Shown: in pieces, positions 54,260 to 64,000 of the stretch
How the letters are laid out: every line of letters starts with the position of its first letter
How positions within the stretch are numbered: position 1 is the stretch's first letter
NCBI GenBank assembly: GCA_944345705.1
Contig: CALVML010000002.1
Location: forward strand, 19,992 to 83,991
DNA from: an uncultured Clostridia bacterium
Lineage (GTDB): Bacteria > Bacillota > Clostridia > Christensenellales > UBA1242
Direction: 5' to 3'
Length of the DNA stretch: 64,000 nucleotides
Notes under the pieces: model-generated
Told to the model about the DNA's origin: nothing
The model's database searches: none
What the model saw: the letters and a program-made list of their open reading frames with translations, nothing else
Position numbers and translations under genes: made by a program

Positions 54260-54376
54260 CAGATAATATAAACTATGCGATCTTAAAATTTTATTAGTAT
54301 AAAATTTTAATAAATTCTGGCGAATTTGTGTGCTAACGCACACTCTTCACATAGTATGTATAACCATCAGCCTCAC
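54260..54376 (+). repeat. Copy B of the ~115-bp structured intergenic repeat
   Basis: See copy A. Its 3' end plus flank (AACCATCAGCCTCAC-NN-TTGCAAGCAAGTT, 54362-54391) recurs at 2299-2328. Confidence 0.75.
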
Positions 54377-54461
54377 CATTGCAAGCAAGTTCGGCTTCCG
54401 GTAATATAGACTACAAAATGTGTAAGAAATTTTAGAATTTGTCAAATTTTTCTTGCTGTTA

Positions 54462-54491
54462 TTGCTTTTTGGTGGCGAAATATGCTATAAT
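54462..54491 (+). promoter_or_regulatory. Extended -10 promoter TTGCTT-18-TGcTATAAT ending 6 nt before the ATG
   Basis: -35 at 54462-54467, -10 at 54486-54491, ATG at 54498. No SD. Confidence 0.5.
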
Positions 54492-54497
54492 ATGCAC

Positions 54498-55280
54498 ATG
54501 AGAATTGTCAATTTATCATCAGGAAGCGATGGAAATATTACATATATAGAAAGTGACTTAGTCAAGATTTTGCTTGATGATGGTTTGTCTTGCGCTGAAA
54601 GCGTGAAAAGACTTGACGCAATAGGAATTTCACCAAACGAGATAGATGCAATTGTTGTCACCCACGAGCATAGCGACCATATCAAAGGAATTGACCTATT
54701 CTCTAAAAAATTTGATGTCCCCGTCTATGCACACAGCGATGTTTGGAAAGGGCTTGACGGCAAACTTTCAAAGGTTGAAGAAAAAAACAGAAGACAATTT
54801 GATGGAAAGTTTGAACTTAAGGATCTTCTTGTAAGTCCAGTGGAAGTGCCACATGATGTTAAGTGTTATGGCTTTAGCTTCAGCGTCAAAGAGAAAAAGA
54901 TCTCAGTTGTAACAGATATCGGCCACTTTAATGATAAGATAATAAACGAGATTAAAGGAAGCCAAATTGCATATATCGAAGCAAATTATGATAAGGATAT
55001 GCTCTTTAACGGCACCAAATATCCACTTTCTTTAAAACGGCGTATCGCAGGACCTAATGGACACCTTTCAAATATTGATAGTAGCGATGCAATAGATTAC
55101 TTGGCACTTAATGGAGCAAAACAAATTGTGCTTTCTCACTTAAGCAAAGAAAATAATACTCCACTTCTTGCATATAATTCAGTATGCAACAGGTTAAAGA
55201 AAGACGATATCATTGAAGGTCGGGACATTAGAATAGATGTCGCAACTACACAAATAGGCGCAATTTTTAGACTAAAATAG
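54498..55280 (+). CDS. MBL-fold metallo-hydrolase (YycJ/WalJ-like)
   Basis: MRIVNLSSGSDGN N-terminus and HEHSDH motif. The track start at 54453 is TTG and overlaps the promoter. Confidence 0.85.
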   Translation: MRIVNLSSGSDGNITYIESDLVKILLDDGLSCAESVKRLDAIGISPNEIDAIVVTHEHSDHIKGIDLFSKKFDVPVYAHSDVWKGLDGKLSKVEEKNRRQFDGKFELKDLLVSPVEVPHDVKCYGFSFSVKEKKISVVTDIGHFNDKIINEIKGSQIAYIEANYDKDMLFNGTKYPLSLKRRIAGPNGHLSNIDSSDAIDYLALNGAKQIVLSHLSKENNTPLLAYNSVCNRLKKDDIIEGRDIRIDVATTQIGAIFRLK

Positions 55281-55398
55281 ACTAATATATTATGAAATCT
55301 ATATAATATGTCGATTTTTTTTAAAATAACTATTGAAATTGCTTGATAGTTGTGGTAAAATATAGTGTAGGAAAAAGATATAGGAGGAATATATCAAT

Positions 55399-58300
55399 AT
55401 GGAAAATGTTAAAAATAGTCTTGTAAAATCACTTGTGAATTTTGTATATGGTGGTAATGCTTATAGTAAACGAGCTGACAATATTCAAGATCATATTATA
55501 AGTGAATACTTGGCAGAACTACCTGTTTCTTTTGAATTAAGTTTAGTTAAAGAAGATTTTACATCTAAATTCTTGACTGATTCAAAGTTCACTGTTCAAA
55601 ACGGCTTTTGTCGCACAATAAAGAATATCTTATCTAATAATTCTAATTTGAAAATGAGATATGATGCAATAACTGAAGAATACGAAAAGATCACAAATGC
55701 AAAAAATGCCGACATTGATAAAAAAGATGAAATAAAGGATAAAAAATTAGCAAAATTATATGATGCTGTTAAAAGTTCAGCAGGAACATCATCTTTTACA
55801 TCATTAACCAAAAGTAATACTTTAATGCAATGTTTAGAATTTTACTCTATTATCGATGACAATTATGTTCAAAAAACTGCTAACGAAAATAAACTTAAAA
55901 TAAATAACGAAGATTTTATTAAATTAAGTACACCAATAAGATTAATATGTGCATATACCCATGCAAAGATAAAATTAAATGATGAATTAATGAAATTAAA
56001 TGATAAACTAATGGAATTAAAAAATGCACATGAAGATACAAATGCTGTAGATCAAGAAATTGAAGCTGTAAAGCAAGAAATTGAAAATTTAACATCAGAA
56101 AACGTAAGGGCTGTATTAACAGCAATTATTCAAAAAGAATTCTCTTCATTAAAATATATTAATACTAAAACTTCTGACATACAAAATAAAATATTTGCAA
56201 CTTTAAAAGTATCCTTAAGTAAAAACAACTTGCTTGAATCTTATTATAGCGGAAGCAGAATCTACAAGGAATTATTCAGTAATAGCTCTAGCAAAGATGA
56301 TATACCAAATATTGAAGATTTAAGATTGTTATCATTTAATGGCTATACACAACCTATTTTCACAAGTAACATAGTCAGAAAAGCAAAAGATCTTGACAAT
56401 AATAATATCTTTGACTTGGTATCAAATATTACAGTTTCTAATTCAGCTAAAAACTATGGTACAATAGATGAAACAAGCGCTGTTAATATGTATAAAGCAT
56501 TGACTCTTATCAGAAATAAAGTTGACCAATACAAAACTGCTAGTAAAACAGTTGAAAGCAAAACTTACACAACCTATCTCACTTTTGCTTTAATTCAGGC
56601 TTATGCTGGAAAAGTAGACCACACAAATCAAATTGGAGCAATAATAAGCGATCCTTTAATTCAAGCCTATCACCTAATCGATGCTAGCGAACTTGACAAC
56701 TACGCAAGTGTAGCAATTGATATCGCAAAAGATATTGCAAAAGAATCTGGAAAATTAGACGCTGAGTTTGAAAATTATTTAAATGGTTTAAAGAAATCTT
56801 TAATAAATGCTGAAAGTGAAAATTCTGGCGATGGTATTATATCTCAACCTGAGCCTCAACCTGAACCTGAACCTCAACCACAGCCAGATCCGCAACCTGA
56901 ACCTGAGCCTCAACCACAGCCGGATCCACAGCCACAACCTGAACCTGAGCCTCAACCACAGCCGGATCCACAGCCACAACCTGAACCTGAGCCTCAACCA
57001 CAGCCAGATCCACAGCCACAACCTGAACCACAACCAGAACCTCAACCTGATCCACAACCTGAACCTGAGCCTCAACCACAGCCAGATCCACAACCTAAAC
57101 CTGAACCACAACCTAAGCCTGAACCTAAACCTGAACCACAACCTAAGCCAGTACCTACTAAGAAAAAAGACGTTACTGTTGCACGTAATGAAGGCGTTAA
57201 AACACTACAAGGGCTTGTACAAGTTGCGCTAGACGATACCGAAGTTTCTATAAGAACTTATGGCGAAATGCAGAAACAACTTGAAAAACTTGAGAGAGAA
57301 AATACTAAACTTGCTCACCTTGCTAAAGAAAAGGAGATCATGGATAAGACAGTTGCAGATCTTGCCGAGCAAAAGAGCGAATTGGAGAGAAGTCAAGGCA
57401 CTTTAAAGAGACAACTTACACAACAGAAAAACTTAATCTTGAAAACTTTCTTTAATGAACAATTTATTCAAGATGCACATATACGCATCAATAAATTAGT
57501 TGCAAGTAAAAAGCGTAGATTGACACAAGCCGAACTTGGATTCAAAGAAGACCTTAATAAACTACAAGATGTAAATAGACAAATTCGTGAAGTTAGAGCA
57601 GAACTCAAAAAATATGATGATCTTGAAGCATTAAATAAAGCAAGCGGTAAGCGCAAAGTAGACATTGCTAAAGAGTCACTAAAGAGCTCTACTGCTATTA
57701 ATAAAGAAATCGCCCTTCAACTTCAAGAAAATACTAACAAGATCGCTCAAATTAGCATATCTATCATGCACGAAAAAAGTGAGCTTTCGAAATTGCAAGA
57801 AAAGCTAAAACCTGTTCTTAATGAGGTTTCTTTAGAGATAGACAAACTTCAAAAGGTAATTAAAGCTGTTGAAACAGCCAACCCTACACTCAAACTTGCA
57901 AGCAAGGCAGATTGTCAAAATCAAAAGGATAGCCTAGAAATATATCTTAGTTTTATACAAGATCAAATTTCTAAAACAACTGATCAAACTAAATTGGATA
58001 AGTTAAGTAAAGAAGTTGAAGAAACTAGCTCTCAACTTGCAATATATACTAAACAATTAAGTAGATTTGAAAAGTTAGAAAAGCTTGAACAAAATGTTGA
58101 GGTTAAGATAGATAGAACTAAACAAGAAATCCAATCTGCCGTTGAAGCTAACCCTACACTCCAACTTACAAGCGTGGCAGATTGTCAAGAACAAAAGGAC
58201 AGCCTAGAAACATACCGTGGCTATATACAAGATCAAATCTCTAAAACAACTGATCAAGATAAGGTTGCTAAATTAAATAAGCAAACCGAAACAATTGACT

Positions 58301-59838
58301 CTCAACTTGCTTTATATACTGAACAATTAAAAAGGTTTGAAAAGTTAGAAGAATATAGACAAGAAAAAGCTGATATAGAAAAACCTATTAGAGATGAAAT
58401 AGAACAGAAAGAACTTCAAATTGCTAAGTTAGAAGAAGAGCAAAAAAGACTTAATCAAGAAAATGCCAACCTAACTCAACAAAAAGTCAACACATCATAT
58501 ATAGTTCAAGACAACGAAGAAAAACTTCATCAGGCACAGGAATATGCAGCAACCTCTACCCCTGCTAAAGAACATATTAAAGGAAATTTCACCGATGAGA
58601 TGTATTTTGAATTACAAGACAAACTTAGTGAATTGCAGAAAGAAAAAAATCGTCTTGTCGAAAACATCAAAAAATATTTCTATGATATGCAGATTCTTGA
58701 ACTTCTTAAAGAAGCAAAAGTTGGCACATTTGACACATTCTTTGGCATGATGGAAGAATATGACGATGTAAGCAAAAAGCTTAATGAAACAAGCGATAAA
58801 CTTACACAAGAAAGTGCAAACAAAGAGCAACTTGATCAAGTAGTTGAAAAACAAACAGAAGTTGTTACTAAGATCAAATCAGAAATCATCGATAAGCTTG
58901 ATGACATGCTTGCACAAAAACATGGCTTATGGCTTGTAGAAACTGATATTAAAAACAGCGAAAACCCTATTGCAAAATACAGCGATCAATTACAAGAAGA
59001 GAAAGAAATTCTTTCAAAACTTCAAGCAGAATATAAAAAAGCAGTCAATGCTTTCACTGACAAATATAGTTTTGCATTGCACAACGAAGATACAGCAAAT
59101 GAAGCATATAGTACAGATGACTGGAAAAAGATTGAAGAGTTGAAAAATCAAGTCAACAGTCAAAAAGCAAAAATAAATAAACTTGAAGGTAAATTTAATA
59201 AAGCTCGTGAAACTAAAACAGCTCTTGAAAATAGACGCAATGAAATCATTGAAACAATCAATGCTGAAAAAGCTATGTTGACACAAAAAATTATAGCAGT
59301 TGACCTTACTTCAATCAAAAATGAAAATCAAAGAGCAACTATTGATTTGAATGAAAATAAACTTGCATACTTGACAATGCTTCATGAACTTGCAAAACTT
59401 GCTGCTGCATTATCTAAGAAAGAGAGTACTATATCAGAAGATTTGATATATAAATATACACTTGATAGTGACAAATATTCTGACGAGTTTACAAGACTTG
59501 ATGTATATAACGCCCTACTTGAAATAGCAAAAGCAAACTATAGTAAAGAAGTACTTGACGAAATCAAGGGTGAAACTAAAAAGTCTGTAGTTAATGGTAT
59601 GCTTGAGATCCTTAAAAATCCAGAAAAATATGTCATTTCTGATGATTTACAAGCAATTGTAAATAGCGAATCACTTCAAAAACTTGTTCCTATTACACAG
59701 GCAGTCAAGAAAGCCGAAATAAGAAAACAAAAAGAAGAAGAAAAAGCAAAAAGAAAGACAAAAAAAGAGAAGACTGCGAAAGAACCTAAGGTTAAAAAAG
59801 CAGAAGAAAAAGGATCTGACGACGGAAGAAGCATTTAA
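55399..59838 (+). CDS. 1479-aa coiled-coil protein with a Pro-rich tandem-repeat linker and a Lys-rich tail
   Basis: TAGGAGG SD. No signal peptide or TM helix. A ~470-aa N-terminal region is followed by about 104 aa of ([12 protein letters not shown])n, ~880 aa of heptad-like E/K/Q/L sequence containing a 90-aa duplication, and a [15 protein letters not shown] tail. Confidence 0.8.
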   Translation: MENVKNSLVKSLVNFVYGGNAYSKRADNIQDHIISEYLAELPVSFELSLVKEDFTSKFLTDSKFTVQNGFCRTIKNILSNNSNLKMRYDAITEEYEKITNAKNADIDKKDEIKDKKLAKLYDAVKSSAGTSSFTSLTKSNTLMQCLEFYSIIDDNYVQKTANENKLKINNEDFIKLSTPIRLICAYTHAKIKLNDELMKLNDKLMELKNAHEDTNAVDQEIEAVKQEIENLTSENVRAVLTAIIQKEFSSLKYINTKTSDIQNKIFATLKVSLSKNNLLESYYSGSRIYKELFSNSSSKDDIPNIEDLRLLSFNGYTQPIFTSNIVRKAKDLDNNNIFDLVSNITVSNSAKNYGTIDETSAVNMYKALTLIRNKVDQYKTASKTVESKTYTTYLTFALIQAYAGKVDHTNQIGAIISDPLIQAYHLIDASELDNYASVAIDIAKDIAKESGKLDAEFENYLNGLKKSLINAESENSGDGIISQPEPQPEPEPQPQPDPQPEPEPQPQPDPQPQPEPEPQPQPDPQPQPEPEPQPQPDPQPQPEPQPEPQPDPQPEPEPQPQPDPQPKPEPQPKPEPKPEPQPKPVPTKKKDVTVARNEGVKTLQGLVQVALDDTEVSIRTYGEMQKQLEKLERENTKLAHLAKEKEIMDKTVADLAEQKSELERSQGTLKRQLTQQKNLILKTFFNEQFIQDAHIRINKLVASKKRRLTQAELGFKEDLNKLQDVNRQIREVRAELKKYDDLEALNKASGKRKVDIAKESLKSSTAINKEIALQLQENTNKIAQISISIMHEKSELSKLQEKLKPVLNEVSLEIDKLQKVIKAVETANPTLKLASKADCQNQKDSLEIYLSFIQDQISKTTDQTKLDKLSKEVEETSSQLAIYTKQLSRFEKLEKLEQNVEVKIDRTKQEIQSAVEANPTLQLTSVADCQEQKDSLETYRGYIQDQISKTTDQDKVAKLNKQTETIDSQLALYTEQLKRFEKLEEYRQEKADIEKPIRDEIEQKELQIAKLEEEQKRLNQENANLTQQKVNTSYIVQDNEEKLHQAQEYAATSTPAKEHIKGNFTDEMYFELQDKLSELQKEKNRLVENIKKYFYDMQILELLKEAKVGTFDTFFGMMEEYDDVSKKLNETSDKLTQESANKEQLDQVVEKQTEVVTKIKSEIIDKLDDMLAQKHGLWLVETDIKNSENPIAKYSDQLQEEKEILSKLQAEYKKAVNAFTDKYSFALHNEDTANEAYSTDDWKKIEELKNQVNSQKAKINKLEGKFNKARETKTALENRRNEIIETINAEKAMLTQKIIAVDLTSIKNENQRATIDLNENKLAYLTMLHELAKLAAALSKKESTISEDLIYKYTLDSDKYSDEFTRLDVYNALLEIAKANYSKEVLDEIKGETKKSVVNGMLEILKNPEKYVISDDLQAIVNSESLQKLVPITQAVKKAEIRKQKEEEKAKRKTKKEKTAKEPKVKKAEEKGSDDGRSI
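56845..57156 (+). repeat. In-frame Pro-rich tandem repeats (36/42-bp units)
   Basis: CCTGAACCTGAGCCTCAACCACAGCCGGATCCACAGCCACAA occurs twice in perfect tandem (from 56938 and 56980), flanked by diverged units. Confidence 0.9.
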
Positions 59839-59854
59839 TCATTTAACAAACTAA

Positions 59855-59887
59855 AACACCTTAATAGACAACATTAAGGTGTTTTTT
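59855..59887 (+). terminator. Rho-independent terminator
   Basis: AACACCTTAAT ... ATTAAGGTGTT 11-bp stem followed by a T-run. Confidence 0.8.
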
Positions 59888-60076
59888 GTTACTTTTTTTC
59901 TGTTTTTTATGAATAATTTTCATTTAAACAAAAAAAGAAAGACTATTATTTGTCTTTCTCAATTTATATATTTAACAGCATAAAAATACTATATGTCTTT
60001 CTTTTTAGTAATTACTTTGTAAAGCGAAGTTGCATATTGCTGACTTTTGCATTTAAATTTTATTAATTAAGATGAT

Positions 60077-62908
60077 TTAATTTAACATCTTTTTTAAATA
60101 TTGACCAGTATAAGATTTCTCATTTTGTGCCACCTGTTCTGGCGTTCCTTCGGCGACAATTTCTCCACCACCACTGCCACCTTCTGGCCCAAGATCAATA
60201 AGATAATCTGCACTCTTGATAACATCAAGGTTATGCTCAATGACAACAACCGTATTCCCATTTTCCACAAGTCTATTTAAAATGTTTATCAACTTTCGAA
60301 CATCATACATATGAAGTCCAGTTGTTGGTTCATCAAGCAAATAGATAGTCTTTCCTGTTGATTTTTTAGATAACTCTGTCGCAAGTTTGACTCTTTGAGC
60401 CTCCCCGCCTGAGAGTGTTGTAGCAGGCTGACCTAGTTTTATATAATCAAGTCCTACATCATGAAGAGCCTGTACTTTATTCTTTATGGACGGTATATTT
60501 TCAAAGAACTTCAAAGCCTCTTCCACCGTCATATCAAGTACATCGGCAATGCTCTTATCTTTATATCTTACTTCCAAAGTTTCGCGGTTATAGCGATTGC
60601 CCTTACAAACTTCACAAGGCACGATAATATCAGGCAAGAAATACATTTCAATTTCCTTTACGCCAGCGCCTTCACAGGCTTCACATCTTCCCCCTTTCAC
60701 ATTAAAAGAAAACCTTCCACTACCATATCCGCGTGCCTTCGCTTGAGCAGTAGACGCAAAAAGATCGCGAATATAGGTAAACATACCAGTATATGTCGCT
60801 GGATTTGAGCGTGGTGTGCGTCCAATTGGTGATTGATCGATATTGATAACTTTATCTAATAGATCCACATTCTCAATCTTTTTATAATTTCCTTCAGCAA
60901 GGCTTGCATTATTTAATTTATTTGCAAGATAAGGATAGACAATTTCCGTCAAAAGTGATGACTTGCCACTTCCAGACACGCCTGTTATACAAGTAAATAC
61001 ACCAATAGGTATATTCACGTCAATATTTTTCAGATTATTTTGTTTCGCACCCTTCACCTTAAGATAACCCTTGGCTTTGTGTCGAACGAGTGGAACTTCA
61101 ATCTTTTCTTCACCACGCATAAACTGAGCCGTGATAGACGAGCCATGCTCAAGCATATCTTGATAAGTACCATTGCCAACTATTTCACCGCCATGCACTC
61201 CAGCATAAGGCCCGATATCCACGATCCAGTCTGCAGATGCGATTGTATCTTGATCATGCTCTACCACTATCAAGGTATTGCCAAGATCGCGAAGATGTTT
61301 AAGTGTCGCAATAAGTTTATCATTATCACGCTGATGTAAACCAATAGATGGCTCATCGAGAATATACAACACGCCGGAAAGCCCACTTCCAATTTGAGTT
61401 GCAAGTCTAATTCTCTGTGACTCACCTCCTGACAGTGTTTCACTAGAACGCGACAAGGTTAGATAATTTAAGCCTACGTCAGATAGGAATTTAAGTCTTG
61501 CCTTAATCTCTTTTAAAATGCTCCTGGCAATTTCAGTTTTCTCTGTTGAAAGTTTCAAGTCATCAAAAAAATCTAGCAGTTTATCTACTGACATATCGCA
61601 AACATCGGCAATATTTTTACCCTTAATTCGTACAGATAAAGCACTCTCATTCAATCTTTGACCATGACACAAAGGACAAGTGACTTCGGTGACAAACTTT
61701 CCTATTTCAAATCTAACAAATTCGCTTTTGGCTTCGGCAAGTCTACGACGCAAATTGTTTGATATCCCTTCAAAAGACAGCGCTTTTTTGCCATTAAAAT
61801 GTTCAAAAGTCTTGTTTCTTGCCTCATTTTCATAAAGATCCAGTTTTTCTCCGTTATTACCATACAGCAGGATATCAATCTGCTTTTTAGGAAGATCTTT
61901 AACTGGCGTGTCAAGATCAATGTTATATTTCTTTGACAATGCTAAAAAATATCGCTCGGCAAGTCCACCGCCATCAATTCGCCAGCCTGTCGCATTGAAA
62001 GCCCCTTGTTTTATTGAAAGATGGCTATCTTTCAAAATCAAATCTTTTGATACATCTGAATATACTCCAAGTCCCAAACATTTTGGACAGGCTCCGTATG
62101 GCGCATTGAATGAAAATAATCTTGGACTCACTTCTTCAAGTGTCCAGCCACAATATGGACAGGCATAATTGGTAGAAAAAAGTTCTCTTTCTTCATCGCA
62201 CTGTACGATAACTATTCCAGAGCCGAGTTTTAAAGCAGTTTCAATACTGTCTGTTAGTCTGGAATTTACCCCTTCTTTTAGTACTATTCTATCGAGCACC
62301 ACCATGATGTCGTGCTTTATATTTTTATCAAGGACAATTTCTTCATCTAGAGAATAGATGCTACCATCCACTTCAACACGCACATACCCCGACTTTTTTA
62401 GGCTTTCGAATTGTTTAGCAAAAGTTCCCTTTTCACCACGAGCAATAGGAGCGAGTATTGTAAGTTTGCTTCCGTTTTCTTTCTGAAGTACTTTATCGAC
62501 TATCTGGTCAATGCTAACCTGAGAAATTGGTTTATTGCAATGTGGACAATATGGCACGCCAACTCTTGCGTAGAGAAGTCTTAGATAGTCATATATTTCA
62601 GTCACTGTACCAACAGTAGAACGCGGATTATGATTTGTTGTCTTTTGATCAATAGAGATTGCAGGACTAAGTCCATCAATCGACTCAACGTCTGGCTTTT
62701 GTGCTTGTCCTAGGAATTGTCTTGCATAGGACGAAAGACTTTCAATATATCTTCGCTGACCTTCAGCAAAAATAGTGCCAAAGGCGAGGCTAGATTTGCC
62801 ACAGCCACTGACACCTGTGAACACTACCAATTTGTTTTTTGGAAATTCAAGATTTATATTTTTTAAGTTGTTTTCTTTTGCACCTTTAATAATTATCCAA
62901 TCTTTCAT
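60077..62908 (-). CDS. uvrA: Excinuclease ABC subunit A
   Basis: GVSGCGKSSLAF and GVSGSGKSSL Walker A motifs, several CxxC zinc modules, and two LSGGE signatures. I prefer the ATG at 62908 (MKDWIIIKGAKENNLKNI). The track start at 62941 is TTG. Confidence 0.95.
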   Translation of the reverse strand: MKDWIIIKGAKENNLKNINLEFPKNKLVVFTGVSGCGKSSLAFGTIFAEGQRRYIESLSSYARQFLGQAQKPDVESIDGLSPAISIDQKTTNHNPRSTVGTVTEIYDYLRLLYARVGVPYCPHCNKPISQVSIDQIVDKVLQKENGSKLTILAPIARGEKGTFAKQFESLKKSGYVRVEVDGSIYSLDEEIVLDKNIKHDIMVVLDRIVLKEGVNSRLTDSIETALKLGSGIVIVQCDEERELFSTNYACPYCGWTLEEVSPRLFSFNAPYGACPKCLGLGVYSDVSKDLILKDSHLSIKQGAFNATGWRIDGGGLAERYFLALSKKYNIDLDTPVKDLPKKQIDILLYGNNGEKLDLYENEARNKTFEHFNGKKALSFEGISNNLRRRLAEAKSEFVRFEIGKFVTEVTCPLCHGQRLNESALSVRIKGKNIADVCDMSVDKLLDFFDDLKLSTEKTEIARSILKEIKARLKFLSDVGLNYLTLSRSSETLSGGESQRIRLATQIGSGLSGVLYILDEPSIGLHQRDNDKLIATLKHLRDLGNTLIVVEHDQDTIASADWIVDIGPYAGVHGGEIVGNGTYQDMLEHGSSITAQFMRGEEKIEVPLVRHKAKGYLKVKGAKQNNLKNIDVNIPIGVFTCITGVSGSGKSSLLTEIVYPYLANKLNNASLAEGNYKKIENVDLLDKVINIDQSPIGRTPRSNPATYTGMFTYIRDLFASTAQAKARGYGSGRFSFNVKGGRCEACEGAGVKEIEMYFLPDIIVPCEVCKGNRYNRETLEVRYKDKSIADVLDMTVEEALKFFENIPSIKNKVQALHDVGLDYIKLGQPATTLSGGEAQRVKLATELSKKSTGKTIYLLDEPTTGLHMYDVRKLINILNRLVENGNTVVVIEHNLDVIKSADYLIDLGPEGGSGGGEIVAEGTPEQVAQNEKSYTGQYLKKMLN

Positions 62909-62914
62909 GTCTTT

Positions 62915-62941
62915 ATTATACCACTTTTTTTGATATTTCAA
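62915..62941 (-). promoter_or_regulatory. Putative internal promoter TTGAAA-15-TGgTATAAT ending 6 nt before the uvrA ATG
   Basis: -35 at 62936-62941, -10 at 62915-62920, then AAAGAC and ATG (62906-62908). It lies within the 65-nt gap between the uvrB stop (62974) and the preferred uvrA ATG (62908). Confidence 0.4.
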
Positions 62942-62973
62942 TAGTTTCGCACGTAATTTTTCTTATTTAAAAA

Positions 62974-64000
62974 TCATTTTTTCCTATTATACTTTTCGAG
63001 TTGTTTTTTAAGTTTGGCTATTTGATTGCGAAGCTCGATTGCCCTCTCAAAGTCAAGTGCACCTGAGGCAATCTTCATCATTGCAGTCAATCTTTCAATC
63101 TCTTTAGGAATTTGATCTTTATTTAAATTATTCTTTTCAATTTTCTTTGTTATCTCAAGACTATTCTTGACATCTTTTATAATAGTCTTTGGCGTTATGC
63201 CATGCTCTGCATTATATTTCTGTTGCAAGGCGCGTCTATTATGAGTCTTGTCAATTGCGCGTTTCATAGAGTCTGTTATCACATCTGCATACATGATAAC
63301 CCTTCCATTTGCATTTCTTGCAGCTCGACCTATGGTCTGTATCAAAGCTCCTTCGCTACGCAAAAAGCCTTCTTTATCAGCATCAAGTATAGCCACAAGT
63401 TCCACCTCAGGCATATCTAGCCCTTCTCGCAAAAGGTTTATTCCAACAAGCACATCAAATTCACCCTTGCGCAATCCGTTTACAATTTCCACTCGCTCCA
63501 TGGTATCAATTTCAGAATGCATATACTTTGTTTTGAAACCATGCTCCTGTAAGTAGAGAGTCAAACTCTCTGCCATTTTTTTTGTAAGCGTTGTGACAAG
63601 CACCCTTGCATTGTTACTTATGACTTTTTCAATCTCTTGCATTAAATCTTCTATCTGTGTCTTTATTGGACGCACATCTACAAGCGGATCGAGAAGCCCT
63701 GTCGGTCTTAGTATCTGCTCAACAACCGCTCCTGCCCTTGACAACTCATAATCGGCAGGCGTTGCAGAAACATATAGAACTTGCCCTAGTCTTTCGTTGA
63801 ATTCATCAAATTTGAGCGGTCTATTATCTTTTGCGGCTGGAAGTCTAAAGCCATAATCTACAAGTGATGTTTTTCTTGCTCTATCTCCATTGTACATGGC
63901 ACGGATTTGTGGAAGCGTCATGTGACTTTCATCAATGATGGTCAAAAAATCCTTTGGAAAATAATCTAAAAGAGTATAAGGTGCCTCTCCTTCCTGTCGC
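62974..64000 (-). CDS. uvrB: Excinuclease ABC subunit B (3' part; the gene continues beyond the window)
   Basis: [19 protein letters not shown] and the C-terminal UVR motif [18 protein letters not shown]. The reading frame stays open to position 64000. Confidence 0.93.
   Translation of the reverse strand, partial: RQEGEAPYTLLDYFPKDFLTIIDESHMTLPQIRAMYNGDRARKTSLVDYGFRLPAAKDNRPLKFDEFNERLGQVLYVSATPADYELSRAGAVVEQILRPTGLLDPLVDVRPIKTQIEDLMQEIEKVISNNARVLVTTLTKKMAESLTLYLQEHGFKTKYMHSEIDTMERVEIVNGLRKGEFDVLVGINLLREGLDMPEVELVAILDADKEGFLRSEGALIQTIGRAARNANGRVIMYADVITDSMKRAIDKTHNRRALQQKYNAEHGITPKTIIKDVKNSLEITKKIEKNNLNKDQIPKEIERLTAMMKIASGALDFERAIELRNQIAKLKKQLEKYNRKK

Noticed and set aside
56800-57232. Three overlapping ORFs (LNLN..., WFRFRLRL..., VEAQVQVV...) across the Pro-rich repeat
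   Set aside because: They are alternate-frame and antisense readings of the CCN-GAN/CAN repeat that belongs to the 55399-59838 CDS.

Overview
This is a 64-kb chromosomal window from a very AT-rich, low-GC Gram-positive (Bacillota-like) genome. The lineage call rests on an LTA-synthase-like gene, a class B PBP with a PASTA domain, a T-box leader and a DUF1540 gene. The standard genetic code fits. There are about 45 genes, roughly four fifths on the minus strand. Backbone genes: ltaS-like, ZIP transporter, rnhB, PfkB kinase, tRNA-Arg(ACG), two ABC-F ATPases, GNAT, PSD-family decarboxylase, deoxyinosine glycosylase, peptidase U32, ndk, cls, glyQS with a glycine T-box leader, two Zn-metallopeptidase paralogues, a partial dcw cluster (rsmH, ftsL-position gene, PBP), MBL hydrolase, and uvrB (partial)-uvrA. 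Unusual content: (1) A two-gene surface-protein operon (shared unnamed N-terminal domain, BspA-type LRR) sits behind a perfect TTGACA/TATAAT promoter whose 16-nt spacer contains a G9 homopolymer. This is my best candidate for an undescribed phase-variable system. Two further G8/G9 tracts occur, one inside the ltaS-like CDS and one acting as the SD of an XRE-fusion gene. (2) A 3763-aa N-terminally anchored giant protein has no family I can name. (3) A 2-kb phage-derived remnant lies next to tRNA-Arg, with an exact 21-nt duplicate of the tRNA 3' end and ~60-bp imperfect direct repeats. (4) A stand-alone 1270-aa DUF4011-type SF1 helicase-nuclease. (5) Several perfect multi-hairpin intergenic elements, including a 255-bp element with 19-bp terminal inverted repeats abutting the glyQS stop codon. 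(6) Five SD-less genes whose ATG lies 6-7 nt downstream of a good -10 box (leaderless-mRNA candidates). (7) A 1479-aa coiled-coil protein with perfect 42-bp Pro-rich tandem repeats. All family calls come from motif recognition by eye. No database search, folding or statistics program was run.
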